The position numbers and the translations under genes are program-made. A DNA stretch of 64,000 nucleotides from Felis catus. Taxonomy: Eukaryota. This document shows positions 25,575-38,491 of this stretch, one piece after another; position 1 is the first letter of the stretch; each line of letters begins with the position of its first letter. The notes under the pieces are model-generated. The model made no database searches. It saw only the letters and a list, made by a program, of their open reading frames with translations, and was not told where the DNA came from. The stretch is taken from positions 215,948,001 through 216,012,000 of the forward strand of contig NC_058368.1 in NCBI RefSeq assembly GCF_018350175.1, written 5' to 3'.

Positions 25575-27567
25575 ATCTTATGAGAACTTCACCACTCTTT
25601 CTGGAATGATGGCATAAAAATTTCTGTAGAGGCACTCCCTAGTTAAGTCACTATAATCAGTGAAAATTATAAATTACTACAATTTTCAAGTCTCTGGAAA
25701 TTATCCTCAGGGATAATTTACTGTAGTAAATGAAAGAGCATTTATCAAGTAAATCCACCAAATTTTGGTAAGAACAGTGAAAATCTATGGCATCTGAGCC
25801 ATGACCCACAATGACCCACAATGACCCACAAACTCAGAATGACACAAATTTCTGCTCTTGCATGTGCAGTCTAGATCACAGGGCTTCCTACTCCCCAAGG
25901 AACTGGTCAATAACTACAGTAACTCCCCAGTGGGACATCCCACCAGCATTTTTCTTTCCCCTGTGATTTACATGGCAGAAGCTCTGCCAAGCAAGAACAG
26001 TGGAGAAAGCTGGGATTTTCTTCTTCAATACAGCCCCAGCTGTAAAGTCACACAGCAACTCCTCAGCTATGTCGGGCTGAGTGTATGGGGGCCCCAACTT
26101 CATTCACTGCAAGTCTGTAGGAAGGTTTGATTTCACGCATGGAGAGGGCAAGCCCAGAAGACCATGGGCTACTGCTCTTGCGAGTACTCCCACTTTTACG
26201 GTACTGGCATCATTCCAAGAAAAGTAGGCCACTGTATCTGTGTCTAGATCTGGGGTACTGGTATAGGGGTTTTGCCTGGACGATCCTCTGAAGCAGTCTC
26301 AAAAGAACTGACTGTACTTGGAACAGAGTTTGGGAAAGATCAAACTTAAGAGTACCTTATGAGACAATGGAGATTTGGGTGTAAGAAATTATAAGTAGCC
26401 TGGTTATTCCATGAGGCTACAAGCTCAACTCTACATAAACTATAAATGTACAGAGAGAACTAGGGAAAGAGATTGCTAATGACAGCCCTCCTTGGGAATA
26501 CCCTTGAAAAACTAGCCTAATTTAATTTGATCAGACTGTGCAACAATTTATACCAGAGGGCATTGTCAAAAACAATAGAGAAACCAGCTGGCAATTAGTG
26601 GAGGCTAATAGCTGCATGTGATTTCAACAGGAGTGGGCCCAGTAACAGATATTTCAGACACAGATATATTCAAAGGCACCATTGTGAAAATCAGTACCAT
26701 CCCAGGCTGACTGTGTGCAAGCCCAAGGCTGCGACCTTTGAAGAAAGAAATTAGAGTATGCATCCTGTTAGGAAAATACAAGCACATACAAAAGTACATC
26801 CATGCCATAAACAAACAGACATCGGCAAACTCTTGGTGGAAAGGGTGGAAGAATGGGGTTAATGGTAGTGGTAGTAGCAGAAACCAGAATTATTACAATA
26901 TATTATCTAAGATTTAAATCTCTAATAAAAGGTTTTGAGAGAATAAATAAGCAAACAACAAACAAACAAAAGCAACAACGGCCAATGAAGGGACCTGGCA
27001 AAGATTTCCAAAGAAATCGGACTTAACAAAGACTGCAAAATAGCTATTTCAAATTTCAAAGAACAACAACAACAACAAAAAAATGGTTAAAAAAGTTAAG
27101 GAAGGTCTGATGGCAGTGTGTCCTTGAATAGAGCATATCAATAAAATATATAGAAATAATAAAACGGATGGAAATCTGCAGTTGAAAATCATAATAATTG
27201 ATATGAAAATTAATTAGAGGCGTTCAACTGACCGATGTATCCTGGCATAGACATAATAAGCAAAAGAATAAGAAAATCTGGGGTGCCTGGTTGGCTCAGT
27301 CAGTAGAGCAATGTTTCTTGATCTTGGAGTTATAAATTTGAGCCGTATAGATGGGTGTAGAGATTACTTAAAAATAAAACCTTGTAAAGAAATAAGAACA
27401 TTTGTAGATAGATCAATAGAGATTATGTAGTCCGAAGAAAAGAGAGTAAAATGAAGATAAATAAACATCCCCAGAAAAATGTGGGACACTTATTCGCACC
27501 AACTTAACTGATAATGGAAGCACAAAATAGAGGAGAGAGATAAGAGAGTAAAAAAAATCACATGAAG
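25575..27567 (+). mobile_element. Ancient L1M 5'UTR and N-terminal ORF1 (host of the later insertions)
   Basis: ORF1 relic gaaatctgcagttgaaaatcataataattgatatgaaaattaattagaggcgttcaac; continues at 34830. The 5' boundary is approximate. Confidence 0.7.
27280..27390 (+). mobile_element. Short tRNA-derived SINE (SINEC_old-like)
   Basis: ggggtgcctggttggctcagtcagtagagca...gggtgtagagattacttaaaaataaaa; no CT tract; flanking aataagaa repeat. Confidence 0.85.
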
Positions 27568-28800
27568 GGGGGGGAGGAGTCAAGATGGTGGAACAGCATG
27601 GAAGCTTTTTGTGTATCTCGCATCCATGAAATGGAGCCAGACCGACACGGAACCATCCTACACACCTAGAAAACCGATCGGAAGATTAACACAACAATCT
27701 GCACAACCTGAACCACAGAATTCAGCAGGTACGCGACGCAAAGAGCTGAACATGGGGAGCAAGAAGCCCCTAAAGGTAGGGAACCCCTTTTGTGGGTGGA
27801 GAGAAGACAGAAACTGGGTGTGGGGGGGAGCATACGGGAAAAGCACCCCTCCCCAAAAGCAGCTGGAGAGAGTGGAAAATTGGAAACAGCCACAGGGACT
27901 AAACTAAAAAGGGAGAAAGGAGAAAGGAGAGGGTTTAAATTCCATTAAGACTGTAAACAAGGGGAGAGCAAAGGCTGCATCTCCGCAGCTCCATACCTGG
28001 CGGTGCTCTGGTGGGAAGGGCGAATCTCCAGGAACAGAGTGGGGTCCGGGAGGTTCTTGGGCCACATGGGGAAAAGCAGTTCCACTGCTGGAAGGACATG
28101 TGGTAGAGACTGTTGAAGCCACCTGGTCCCAGCAGACCCCGGAAGGCAGCCACATTCGCTGGTGCTGGGGCAAGGTTGTTGAGGGTGAAGCCTGGTGCCA
28201 GATGTGTGTTGCGATTTTCCATGGTCTCTGAAACGCTGAGGCTACACTGTCTCGCAATTTTTTGGGGGGGCGGGCTGGCACCTGGCCGCAGTCTCAGGGC
28301 ACCGGCCACAGAAGGGTCCAGCAGGCGTTCCTGGGTGCAGCTGACATTCGGCCATTGCTCATTCAGCCATTGCTCAGTGAGACCCTCCCGCGGAGGCGCG
28401 GAGCAGGTCAAAGACGCAGTCCTTCAGAAGTAAGGGGCCGCGGAGAGCAGCCGCATCTGAGTCAAAACTCGGGGGAGAGGCACGCCTGGGGCCTGGTCAT
28501 GGAGAGTGGAAAAGCGGGGAGTGGACGAGAGCTGAAGAAGGAGGACCAGTGCGCCATTGCTGATCTGGGAGAACAGACTGGGTGGAGCCATTTTTCACCG
28601 CTCCCGCTCATGTGCATGCGCAACGAGCACAGCAGCAATCCACCCCAGTAGGCTAGCAGCGGCAGCGCCATCTAGTGGAGAGTGGAGCTGTTGCACCGAG
28701 CTCTGCCCAACTGGGCCAGCTTCGCTCTTCAAGAGCACGGACCTCACCGCCGCCTTAGTTTGTGGACTATGGAGAGCTACGTGGACTGACCTCTGGGGGA
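27568..28800 (+). promoter_or_regulatory. L1 5'UTR internal Pol II promoter region (CpG-rich)
   Basis: YY1-type caagatgg near the 5' end; the longest GC/CpG-rich stretch in the window; function inferred from L1 biology. Confidence 0.6.
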
Positions 28801-28884
28801 GAGCGAAGCAATTTGGGTCCTGCTTCAATCTGTTAGTAGGTTCATCTATTCATTTTTTTCTCCATCTGCTTCCTTTTCTCTTTT

Positions 28885-29510
28885 ACAATTCATTTCTTTT
28901 TCTTGAATACAGAAAGAGAAAAAACTCATTTTTATTTTCAATTCTTATTAAAAATATCTGTCTTTAATTTTTATGACTATATTTTTTACTTTTGTGTAAA
29001 TTTTGTCAAATTCTACTTTACTTCCATCGTTTTATTTTAGTCTACTTCAGTGTACTCACCTTTTCAAATTTTTAAACAATTTCCTTTTTTTCTTTTTCTT
29101 TTTCATTTCTTTTCTTTTTCTTGAATGCAGAAAGAGAAAATTTTCATTTTTACTTTCAATTTCTTTTAAAAATATTTTTATTTAATTTTTATTACTATAT
29201 TTTTTGCTTTTATGTAAATGTTTTCAAATTCTATCTTACTCCCATTATTTTATTTCAGTCTACTACAATGTATTCACTTTTTCAAATTTTCAAACGATTT
29301 CTTTATCTTTTTTCTTTTTTTAAATCTTTTTTCTTAATTTCATTTCTTTTCTTTTTTCTTAAATACAGAAAATGAAAAAAATCATATTTTTAATCTTTAT
29401 TAAAAATATTTTTCTATAATTGTTTTCTACTAATTTCTCTACTTTGTGTATTTTGGTCTACTTTAGTGTATTCCTTTTTTCAAATTCTCAAACGATTTCC
29501 TTTTTCTTTC
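28885..29510 (+). repeat. About 3 diverged T-rich tandem units (~215-235 bp) in the L1 5'UTR
   Basis: catttct...tctt(g/a)aat(a/g)cagaaa recurs at ~28891, ~29104 and ~29341 with shared downstream blocks. Confidence 0.85.
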
Positions 29511-29727
29511 TCTCCCCCCTTTTTGCTTGTTTGTTTGTTTGTTTTTTTTGTTTCTATAATCTGTCAAACCATTTTCTACACCCAGGCCAAAACACACGTA
29601 GAATCTAGCATCATCTATTCGATTTGTGTGTGTGTGTGTGTGTTTAATTTTTAATTTTAATATCTTTTAAATTTTAATTGTTTAATTTCAATTTTTCTAC
29701 CTCATTAATTCCTATTATGCCTTCAAA

Positions 29728-30590
29728 ATGATAAAACGAAGGAATTCACCCCAAAAGAAAGAGCATGAAGAAATGACAGTCAGAGATTTACCAACACAGA
29801 CACAAGCAAGATGTCTGAAACAGAATTTAGAATCACGATAATAAGAATACTAGCTGGAGTCGAAAATAGATTAGATTCCCTTTCAACAGAGATAAAAGAA
29901 GAAAAAAATTGCCAGAATGAAATTAAAAATGCTATAACTGAGCTGCAATCACGGATGGATGAAGCAGTGGCAAGGACAGACGAGGCAGAAGAGAGAATCA
30001 GCAATATACAGGACAAACTTGTAGACAATAACGAAGCAGGAAAAAAAGGGGGAGATTAAGCAAAAGACCACGATTTAAGAACTAGAGAAATCAGTGACTC
30101 ATTAAAAAGGAACAATATCAGAATCATAGGGGTCGCAGAGGAGGAAGAGAGAGAAATAGGGGCAGAAGGGTTATGTGAGCAAATCATATTGGAAACTTTC
30201 CTAACCTGGGGAAAGACACAAACATCAAAATCCAGGAAGCTCAGAAGACTCCCAGTAGATTCAACAAAAAACGACCATCAACAAGGCATATCATAGTCAA
30301 ATTCACAAAATACTCAGGCAAGGACAGAATCATGAAAGCAGCAAGGGAAAAAAAGTTCCTAACCTACAAGGGAAGACAGATCAGGTTTGCACAGAAACTT
30401 TGCAGGCCAGAAAGGAGTGGCAGGATATATTCAGTGAGCTGAATCACAAAAATATGCAGCCAAGAATTCTTTATCCAGCAAGGCTTTCATTCAAAATAGG
30501 AGAGATAAAAAGTTTCACAGACAAACAAAAATTAAAGGAGTTTGTGACAATAAACCAGCCCTGCAAGAAATTTTAAGGGCGGCTCTCTGA
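29728..30590 (+). pseudogene. L1 ORF1p, frameshifted
   Basis: Starts MIKRRNSPQKKE; 29811-30059 reads MSETEFRITIIRILAG (coiled coil); later RNNIRIIGV and KNMQPRILYPARLSF occur in shifted frames; ends ctctga. Confidence 0.92.
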
Positions 30591-30610
30591 GGGGAGAAAA
30601 GATGAAAAAA

Positions 30611-30612
<2 letters not shown>

Positions 30613-30657
<45 letters not shown>
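30613..30657. repeat. (TA)n in the L1 inter-ORF spacer
   Basis: Direct reading. Confidence 0.95.
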
Positions 30658-30659
<2 letters not shown>

Positions 30660-30726
30660 AAAAGCAACAAAAGATTAGAAAGGACCAGAGAACACCCCTG
30701 GAAACTCCAACTCTACAAGCATCATA

Positions 30727-33700
30727 ATGGCAATAAATTCATAACTTTCAGTACTCACTCTAAACGTCAATGGACTCAATGCTCCAATCAAAAGACATAG
30801 GGTAACAGAATGGATAAGAAAACAAGACCCATCTATATGCTGTTTACAAGAGACCCACTTTATAAGGACACCTACAGATTGAAAATAAGGGGATGGAGAA
30901 CCATCTATCATGCTAATGGTCAACAAAAGAAAGCTGGAGTAGCCATATTACATCAGACAATCTAGACTTTAAAATAAAGACTGTATCAAGATATGCAGAA
31001 GGGCATTATATCATAATCAAGGGGTCTATAGACCAAGAAGACCTAACAATTATAAACATTTATGTGCCAAATATGGGCGCACCCAAATATATAAATCAAT
31101 TAATCACAAACATAAAGAAACTCATTGATAGTAATACCACAATAGTAGGAGACTTCAACACCCCACTCACAACAATGGACAGATCATCTAATAAAAAAAT
31201 CAACAAGGAAATAATGGCTTTGAATGACACATTGGACCAGATGGACTTAACAGATATATTCAGAACATTTCATCCTAAAGCAGCAGAATATACATTCTTC
31301 TCCAGTGCACATGGAAGGTTCTCCAGAATAGACCATATACTGGGACATAAATCAGCCCTAAGTAAGTACAGAAAGATCGAGATCATACCTTGCATATTTT
31401 CAGACCACAATGCTATGAAACTCGAAATCAACCACAAGAAAAAAATTGGAAAGGTAACAAATACTTGGAGACTGAAGAACATCTTACTAAAGAATGAATG
31501 GGATAACCAAGCAGTTAAAGAAGAAATTAAAAAGTATATGGAAGTCAATGAAAATGATAGCACCACAACCCAAAACCTCTGGGATGCAGCAAAGGTGGTC
31601 ATAAGAGGAAAGTATATAGCAATCCAGGCCTTCCTAAGAAGGAAGAAAGATCTCAGATACACAACCTAACCTTACGCCTTAAGGAGCTGGAAAAAGAACA
31701 GCAAATAAAACCCCAAACCAGCAGAAGACAGGAAATAATAAAGATTAGAGCAGAAATTAATGCTATCGAAACCAACAAAAAACAGTAGAACAGACCAATG
31801 AAACCAGAAGCTGGTTCTTTGAAAGAATTAACAAAATTGATAAACCACTAGCCAGTTTGATCAAGAAGAAAAAGGAAAGACCCAATAAGTAAAATCAAGA
31901 ATGAAAGAGGAGAGATCACAACCAACACAACAGAAATAAAAAAAAATAATAAGAGAATATTATTAGCAATTATATGCAATTAAAATCGGCAATCTGGAAG
32001 AAATGAACAGATTCCTAGAAACATATACACTACTAAAACTGAAACAGGAAAAAATAGAAAATTTGAACAGACCCATAACCAATAAGGAAATCGAATTAGT
32101 AATCAAAAATCTGCCAAAAAACAAAAGTCCAGGGGCAGATGGCTTTCCAGGGGAATTCTACCAAACATTTAAGGAAGAGTTAACACCTGTTCTCTTGAAG
32201 CTGTTCCAAAAAAATAGAAATGGAAGGAAAACTTCCAAACTCTTTCTATGAGGCCAGCATTACCCAGATTCCAAAACCAGACAGAGACCCCACTAAAAAG
32301 GAGAACTATAGACCAATTTCCCTGATGAACAGGGATGCAAAAATCCTCAACAAGATATTAGCCAACCGGATCCAACAATACATTAAAAAAATTATTCACC
32401 ACGACCAGGTGGGATTTATACCTGGGATGCAGGGCTGGTTCAATATCCGTAAAACACCGTGATTCATCACATCAATAAAAGAAAGGACAAGAACCATACG
32501 ATCCTCTCAATAGATACAGAGAAAGCATTTGACAAAATACAACATCCTTTCTTCATAAAAACCCTCAAGAAAGTAGGGATAGAAGGATCATACCTCAAGA
32601 TGATAAAAGCCATATACAAGCGACCCAATGCTAATGTCATCCTCAAGGCAGAAAAACTGAGAGCTTTCCCCCTAAGGTTAGAAACAAGACAGGGATGTCC
32701 ACTTGCCACTGTTATTCAACATAGTATTAGAAGTCTTAGCCTCTGCAATCAGAAAACACAAAGAAATAAAAGGCATCCAAATTGGCCAGGAGGAGGTCAG
32801 ACTTTCACTCTTTCCAGATGATATGATACTTTATATGGAAAACCCAAAATATTCCACCAAAAAACTGCTAGAACAGATTCATGAATTCAGCAAAGTTGCA
32901 GGATATAAAATCAATGCACAGAAATCAGTTGCATTCCTATGCACCAACAATGAAGCGATAGAAAGAGAAATCAAGAAAGCAATCGATCCCATTTGCAGTT
33001 GCACCAAAACCCATAAAATACCTAGGAATAAATCTAACCAAAGAGGTGAAAAATCTATGCACTGAAAACTATAGAAAGCTTATGAAAGAAATTGAAGAAG
33101 ACACAAAGAAATGGAAAAAGATTCCATGCTCCGGGATAGGAAGAACAAATATTGTTAAAATGTCAATACTACCCAAAGCAATCTACATATTCAATGCAAT
33201 TCCTATCAAAGTAACACCAGCATTCTTCACAGAGCTAGAACAAATAATCCTAAAATTTGTATGGAACCAGAAAAGACCCTGAATAGCCAAAGCCATCTTG
33301 AAAAAGAAAACCAAAGCAGAAGGCATTACAATCCAAGACTTCAAGCTATACTACAAAGCTGTAATCATCAAGACAGTATGGTACTGTCACAAGAACACAC
33401 ACTCAGATCAATGGAATAGAATAGAGAACCCAGAAATGGACCCACAAACGTATGGGCAACTAATCTTTGACAAAGCAGGAAAGAATATCCAATGGAATTA
33501 AGACAGTCTCTTCAGCAAGTGGTGCTGGGAAAACTGGACAGCAACATGCAGAAGAATGAACCTGGACCACTTTCTTACACCATACACAAAAATAAACTCA
33601 AAGTGGATGAAAGACCTCAATGTAAGACGGGAAGCCATCAAAATCCTCGAGGAAAAAGCAGGCAAAAACCTCTTTGATCTTGCCCGCAGAAATTTCTTAC

Positions 33701-34389
33701 TCAACACATCTCCAGAGGCAAGGGAAACAAAAGCAAGCATGAACTACTGGGACCTCATCAAAATAAAAAGCTTCTGCACAGCGAAGGAAACCATCAGCAA
33801 AACTAAAAGGAACTTACAGAATGGGAGAAGATATTTGCAAATGACATATCAGATAAAGGGTTAGTATCCAAAATCTACAAAGAACTTATCAAACTCAACA
33901 CCCAAAAAAACAAATAATCCAGTGAAGAAACGGGCAAAAGACATGATTAGACACTTCTCCAAAGAAGACATCCAGATGGCCAACTGACACATGAAAAAAT
34001 GCTCGACATCACTCATCATCAGGGAAATACAAATCAAAACCACAATGAGATACCACTTTACACCTGTCGGAATGGCTAACATTAACAACTCAGGCAACAA
34101 CAGATGTTGGTGAGGATGCAGAGAAAGAGGATCTCTTTTGCACTGTTGGTAGGAATGCAAGCTGGTGCAGCCACTCTGGAAAACATTATGGAGGTTCCTC
34201 AAAAAACTAAAAATAGAACTACCCTATGACCCAGAAATTGCACTACTAGGCATTTATCCACGGGATACATGTGTGCTGTTTCGAAGGGACACATGCACCC
34301 CAATGTTTATAGCAGCACTCTCAACAATAGCCAAAGTATGGAAAGAGCCCAAATGTCCATCGAGGGATGAATGGATAAAGAAAATGTGG

Positions 34390-34451
<62 letters not shown>

Positions 34452-34582
34452 ATGGAGTATTACTCGGCAATCAAAAAGAATGAAATCTTGCCATTTGCAA
34501 CTATGTAGATGGAACTGGTCAGTATTATGCTAAGTGAAATTAGTCAGAGAAAGACAAAAATCATATGACTTCACTCATATGA
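30727..34582 (+). pseudogene. L1 ORF2p (endonuclease, reverse transcriptase, C-terminal domain) with many frameshifts and stops
   Basis: TLNVNGLN, GDFNTPL, SRIDHILG, SDHN (EN); [24 protein letters not shown] (RT; canonical FADD altered to FPDD); WRFLKKLK. Confidence 0.96.
34390..34450. repeat. (TA)n(CA)n in the L1 ORF2 C-terminal region
   Basis: Direct reading. Confidence 0.95.
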
Positions 34583-35252
34583 GGACCTTAAAAGAGAAAA
34601 CAGATGAACATAAGGGAAGGGAAACAAAAATAATGTAAAAACATGGGAGGGGGACAAAACAGAAGAGACTCATAAATATGGAGAACAGAGGGTTACTGCA
34701 GGGGTTGTGGAGGGGATGGGCTAAATGGATGAGGGGCATTAAGGAATCTACTGAAATCATTGCTTCACTATATAACTAATTTGGATGTAAATTTAAAAAT
34801 AAAAAATAAAGTTAAAAATTCATATGAAGAAATTATAGGTAAAATGTTCCAAATTGTGATAAAAATTTAATTTTGCACTCAAGAAACTCAATAAATGGTA
34901 CTTGGGATTAATTTAAGGGTATTCTCATCTAGTCACATCATGGTAAATGCGCTACTGAAAGCAAAAGACAGAGAACATTGTGAAATAGCAAGAGAAAAAT
35001 AGCTGTTCACATATTTGAAAACTCCAATAATATTTAAAGCCTACTTCTCATCAGAAAAATAATGAAGTACAGAAGTCAGTAGGATTAGATATACATAGTG
35101 CTGAAAGAAAGAAAAAAATGCATATATATATATATATATCCAGTCAAGAATGTTATCTTCGGTAAAATTCTCTTTCAAGAATAAAGGTTAAAAAGATACT
35201 TTCCCAGAAAGCAAAACAGATTTATTGCCATCAAATGGCCTTCTAAGAAATA

Positions 35253-35283
<31 letters not shown>

Positions 35284-35822
35284 TAAATATTCCACCAGAA
35301 ATCAAGTGACTCAAAAAAATATTTTAAACACAAGTCACAGAACATGTTAGAGGTAATTACTAATTATAAAATATAATATAAAAGCATATGCATTCTTCCT
35401 GCTTTCACTGTTACAAAAATTAATGCCATAAAACAATACGTAATCATGGTATTTTTTACCCTGTCACATGTAGAAATATAATATATTTGATATAAAAAGA
35501 TAATGCAGGGGCTTGGGCACAAAACTGTATTGAGAAAGGAAATGACATGAGATGGTCCCTGAGATCCATAGGAAACAATGAAGAGAACAATAAATGGTTA
35601 ATAAAGAAATAAAACAAACTTTGTAATTATGTAATTGCTCTCTTTTCCTTTCTTAATTTCCTTAAAAGATGTAAGAATGTATACTTAAAACAATGTATTT
35701 GACGGTTCGTAACATAAATAGTGGTAACACGTACACCAATAATAGCATGAAAGGGAAAGAAGGAATTGAGCTATAAAGAGGAACATTTCTCTGTCTTACA
35801 GGAATTAAGTTAGTATAAATTT

Positions 35823-36505
35823 TTCTTTTTTGTTTTGTTTTAACTTTTTTAATGTTCATTTGTGGGGAATAAGCTTAGGAATTCCCTGAGCTTGCAGACA
35901 TGGGTTAACAAGGTGTATAGGAATAGGAAACCTCAGGATGAAAGCATCCAAAATTAGGTAAACAAGATTAGGTATTCAGGGCAGAAACGCCTTCCAATTT
36001 AGTACAATAACAGAAAGCTGCTTCACAGGAAGGAAGGACCAAAATAGGTAAACAGGGCTATAGACCCAGCAGGGGAAGTTGCCCAGGGGGGAGTTAAGTA
36101 GCAAGAGAAAGGTGCCTTGTTGACCCTGAGGTAGCATGCTTTGTGTTTCTTGTCCCCTAAGCCAGTTTAGGTAAACAGAGGTGGAGCCTCCTGTCTGCTG
36201 TAAAGAACCATCTGCCCAGCACCAGGATTTTGTTTTGTATTAACCCAAACCCCTAACACTGCATATCTTCAAAACCCCCTTTCCCTCACACCCATAAGTG
36301 AAAGTTCAGAATTTCATTGTCTCTTTGTGCACATCCATCCCGCTTGTAAGCCTTCTGACCCTAATAAAAAACGGAGCAAGGACCCTTGCTCAGGGGATCT
36401 TGTCTACCCCCTGGACATTAGCCTCTCTTTCATTTCAATCCTGCTTCTGCTCTCATGCTGGACAAGAGAGAACTCCAGACCCAGAGCCTATGGCATTTAT
36501 TTATT

Positions 36506-36552
<47 letters not shown>

Positions 36553-36729
36553 GAGAGAGAGAGAATGCAAGGAGAGGGTCAGAGAGAGATGGTAACATAG
36601 ACTCTGAAGCAGGTTCCAAGCTCTGAGCTATCAGCACAAAGCCCGACGTGGGGCTCAAACCCAGGAGTCATGAGATCATGACCTGAGCCCAAGTCGTAGT
36701 CTTAACCAACTGAACCACCCACGTGCTCC
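35823..36729 (-). mobile_element. Can-SINE split by a solo LTR (tail 35823-35860, body 36496-36729)
   Basis: Perfect 16-bp TSD aagttagtataaattt at 35807-35822 and 36730-36745. Confidence 0.94.
35861..36495 (+). mobile_element. Solo retroviral LTR, 635 bp, possibly ERVK/betaretrovirus-like
   Basis: TG...CA ends (tgtgggg...tggca), aataaa at 36363-36368, 6-bp flanks ttcatt / tttatt. Confidence 0.85.
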
Positions 36730-36976
36730 AAGTTAGTATAAATTTGAAGATGATCTTGGTCAGTTAAGATGTTTATGGTAAGCCCTAGATAAACTACTCA
36801 GAAAATAACTCAGAAAAACAGAGTAAAAATAATGATTAAAGGAGTTAAAATATTTTACTCTAAAATATTTGTTTCATGGAAAAGAAATATTAATGGAAGA
36901 AAAAAGGAACAAATTAAACATGAAAATTTTCAAAATGAAGTAGAATGGCATACATAATTAAAACATGTCAATAATA

Positions 36977-37264
36977 TTTTTGAGGAAACTCCATACTGTT
37001 TTCCAATGTGGCTGCATCAGTTTGCATTCTCACCAACAGTGCAAGAAGATTCCTTTTTCTCTACATCCTCACCAACACTTTTTTTGTGTGTTTTTGCGTG
37101 TTTTTCTGACAGGTGTGAGGTGATACATCTCATTGTAGATTTAATTTGCATTTCCCTGATGCTGAGTGCTGTTGAGCATCTTTGCATGTGTCTGTTGGCA
37201 ATCTGAATGCCTTCTTTAGAAAATTGTCTGTTCATGTCTTCTGCCCATTTCCTTCTCTTTTTTT

Positions 37265-37307
<43 letters not shown>

Positions 37308-38087
37308 TTTTGTGATTTTGGTTTTGAGTTGTAGCAGTTCTTTATGTATTTTGGATATTAACTCTTTACAGGTTATGTCATTTGTAAATATCATCTCATA
37401 TTCTGTAGGTTGCCTTTCTTTTTATTTTGATGAAGTCCCAACAGTTTATTTTTGTTATTTTTTTTTTGTCACCTTGCCTCTGGTGACATATCTAGAAATG
37501 TTACTATGGTCCATGTCCAAGAGATTGCTGCCTATGTTCACTTCAAGGATTCTTACCGTTTCAGGCCTCACATTTAAGTCTTTAATCTACTTTGAGTTTA
37601 TTTTTGTGAATGGTGAAAACCGTAGCCCAGTTTTATTCTTTTGAATGTGGCTGTCCAGTTTTTCCAACACCATTTGTCAAAGAGCCTGCATTTTTTTACC
37701 CCCCAGGGGATATTCTTTCCTCCTTAGTTGAAGATTAATTGACCATATAATTGTGGGTTTATTTCTGGGTTTTCTGCTCTATTCCATTGATCTATGTGTC
37801 TATGTGGCATTTGTTTCCATGTAATTTTTAATTTATCTTTTTGATTTCTCCGTTGACCCATTCACTGTTTAGTAGCATGTTTTTTACCCTCTATGTGTTT
37901 GTGCTCTTCCCAAATTTTTCTTGTGGTTGATTTCTAGTTTCATAATGTTGCAGTCAGAAAAGATGTATGGTATGGCTTCAATTTTTTTTTTTAATTTGAT
38001 GAGACTTGTTTTGTGGCCTAATATATGATCTATTATTTACGTGTACTTGAAAATAATGTGTATTCTTCTATTTTAGGATGGGATGTT
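36977..38087 (-). mobile_element. Inverted 5' segment of a carnivore L1 (EN piece fused to a late ORF2 piece)
   Basis: Minus-strand ORF2 similarity; ORF 37017-37235 reads [24 protein letters not shown]. Confidence 0.92.
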
Positions 38088-38449
38088 TAAAGTTGAAAAT
38101 AAACCTACCTTATGGTTCAGTAATCATATCACTGGGTATCTACCCAAAAAATACAAAAACACTAACTCAAAGGGATGTATCCACCCCTGTTTGTTACAGC
38201 ATTATTTACAGTATCCAAACTTTGAAAGCAGCCCAAGTGTCCAGTGATAAATGAATAAATAAAGAAGATATGGTGTATATATACAATGGAATATTATTAA
38301 GTCATAAAAAAAATCTTGCCATTTGCAACAATATGTATGGAGCTAGAGAGTATAATGTTAAGAAAAAAAAGTCCATCAGAGAAAGAAAAATACCATATGA
38401 TCTCGCTCATAGGTAGAATTTAAGAAACAAAACAAATGAGCAAAGGAAG

Positions 38450-38491
<42 letters not shown>

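Larger units (their letters stand above)
27568..34813 (+). mobile_element. Full-length (7.2 kb) felid-type LINE-1, inactive
   Basis: Begins ggggggaggagtcaagatgg; CpG-rich 5'UTR, ORF1, ORF2, 3'UTR, A-rich tail; TSD aaaaa(a/t)tca(c/t)atgaag at 27552-27567 and 34814-34829. Confidence 0.97.
34830..36976 (+). mobile_element. Continuation of the ancient L1M (ORF1 C-terminal half, inter-ORF region, ORF2 start), interrupted by the SINE and LTR
   Basis: gaagaaattataggtaaaatgttccaaatt (EEIMAENFPN-like) and cagtcaagaatgttatcttcggtaaaattctctttcaagaataaagg. Confidence 0.75.

Noticed and set aside
25801..25830. atgacccaca x3 perfect 10-bp repeat
   Set aside because: Best explained as local slippage inside an old L1 5' region; no sign of function.
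27280..27360. tRNA gene
   Set aside because: It is a tRNA-derived SINE head with a degenerate B box, an A-rich tail and flanking direct repeats.
27611..28967. Overlapping GC-rich ORFs, or a host CpG-island promoter
   Set aside because: They lie wholly in the L1 5'UTR, where high GC makes open frames likely by chance; no evidence for an ORF0-like product.
27568..34813. An active, retrotransposition-competent L1
   Set aside because: Both ORFs have several frameshifts and stops, the RT motif reads FPDD, and the TSDs differ at 2 of 16 positions.
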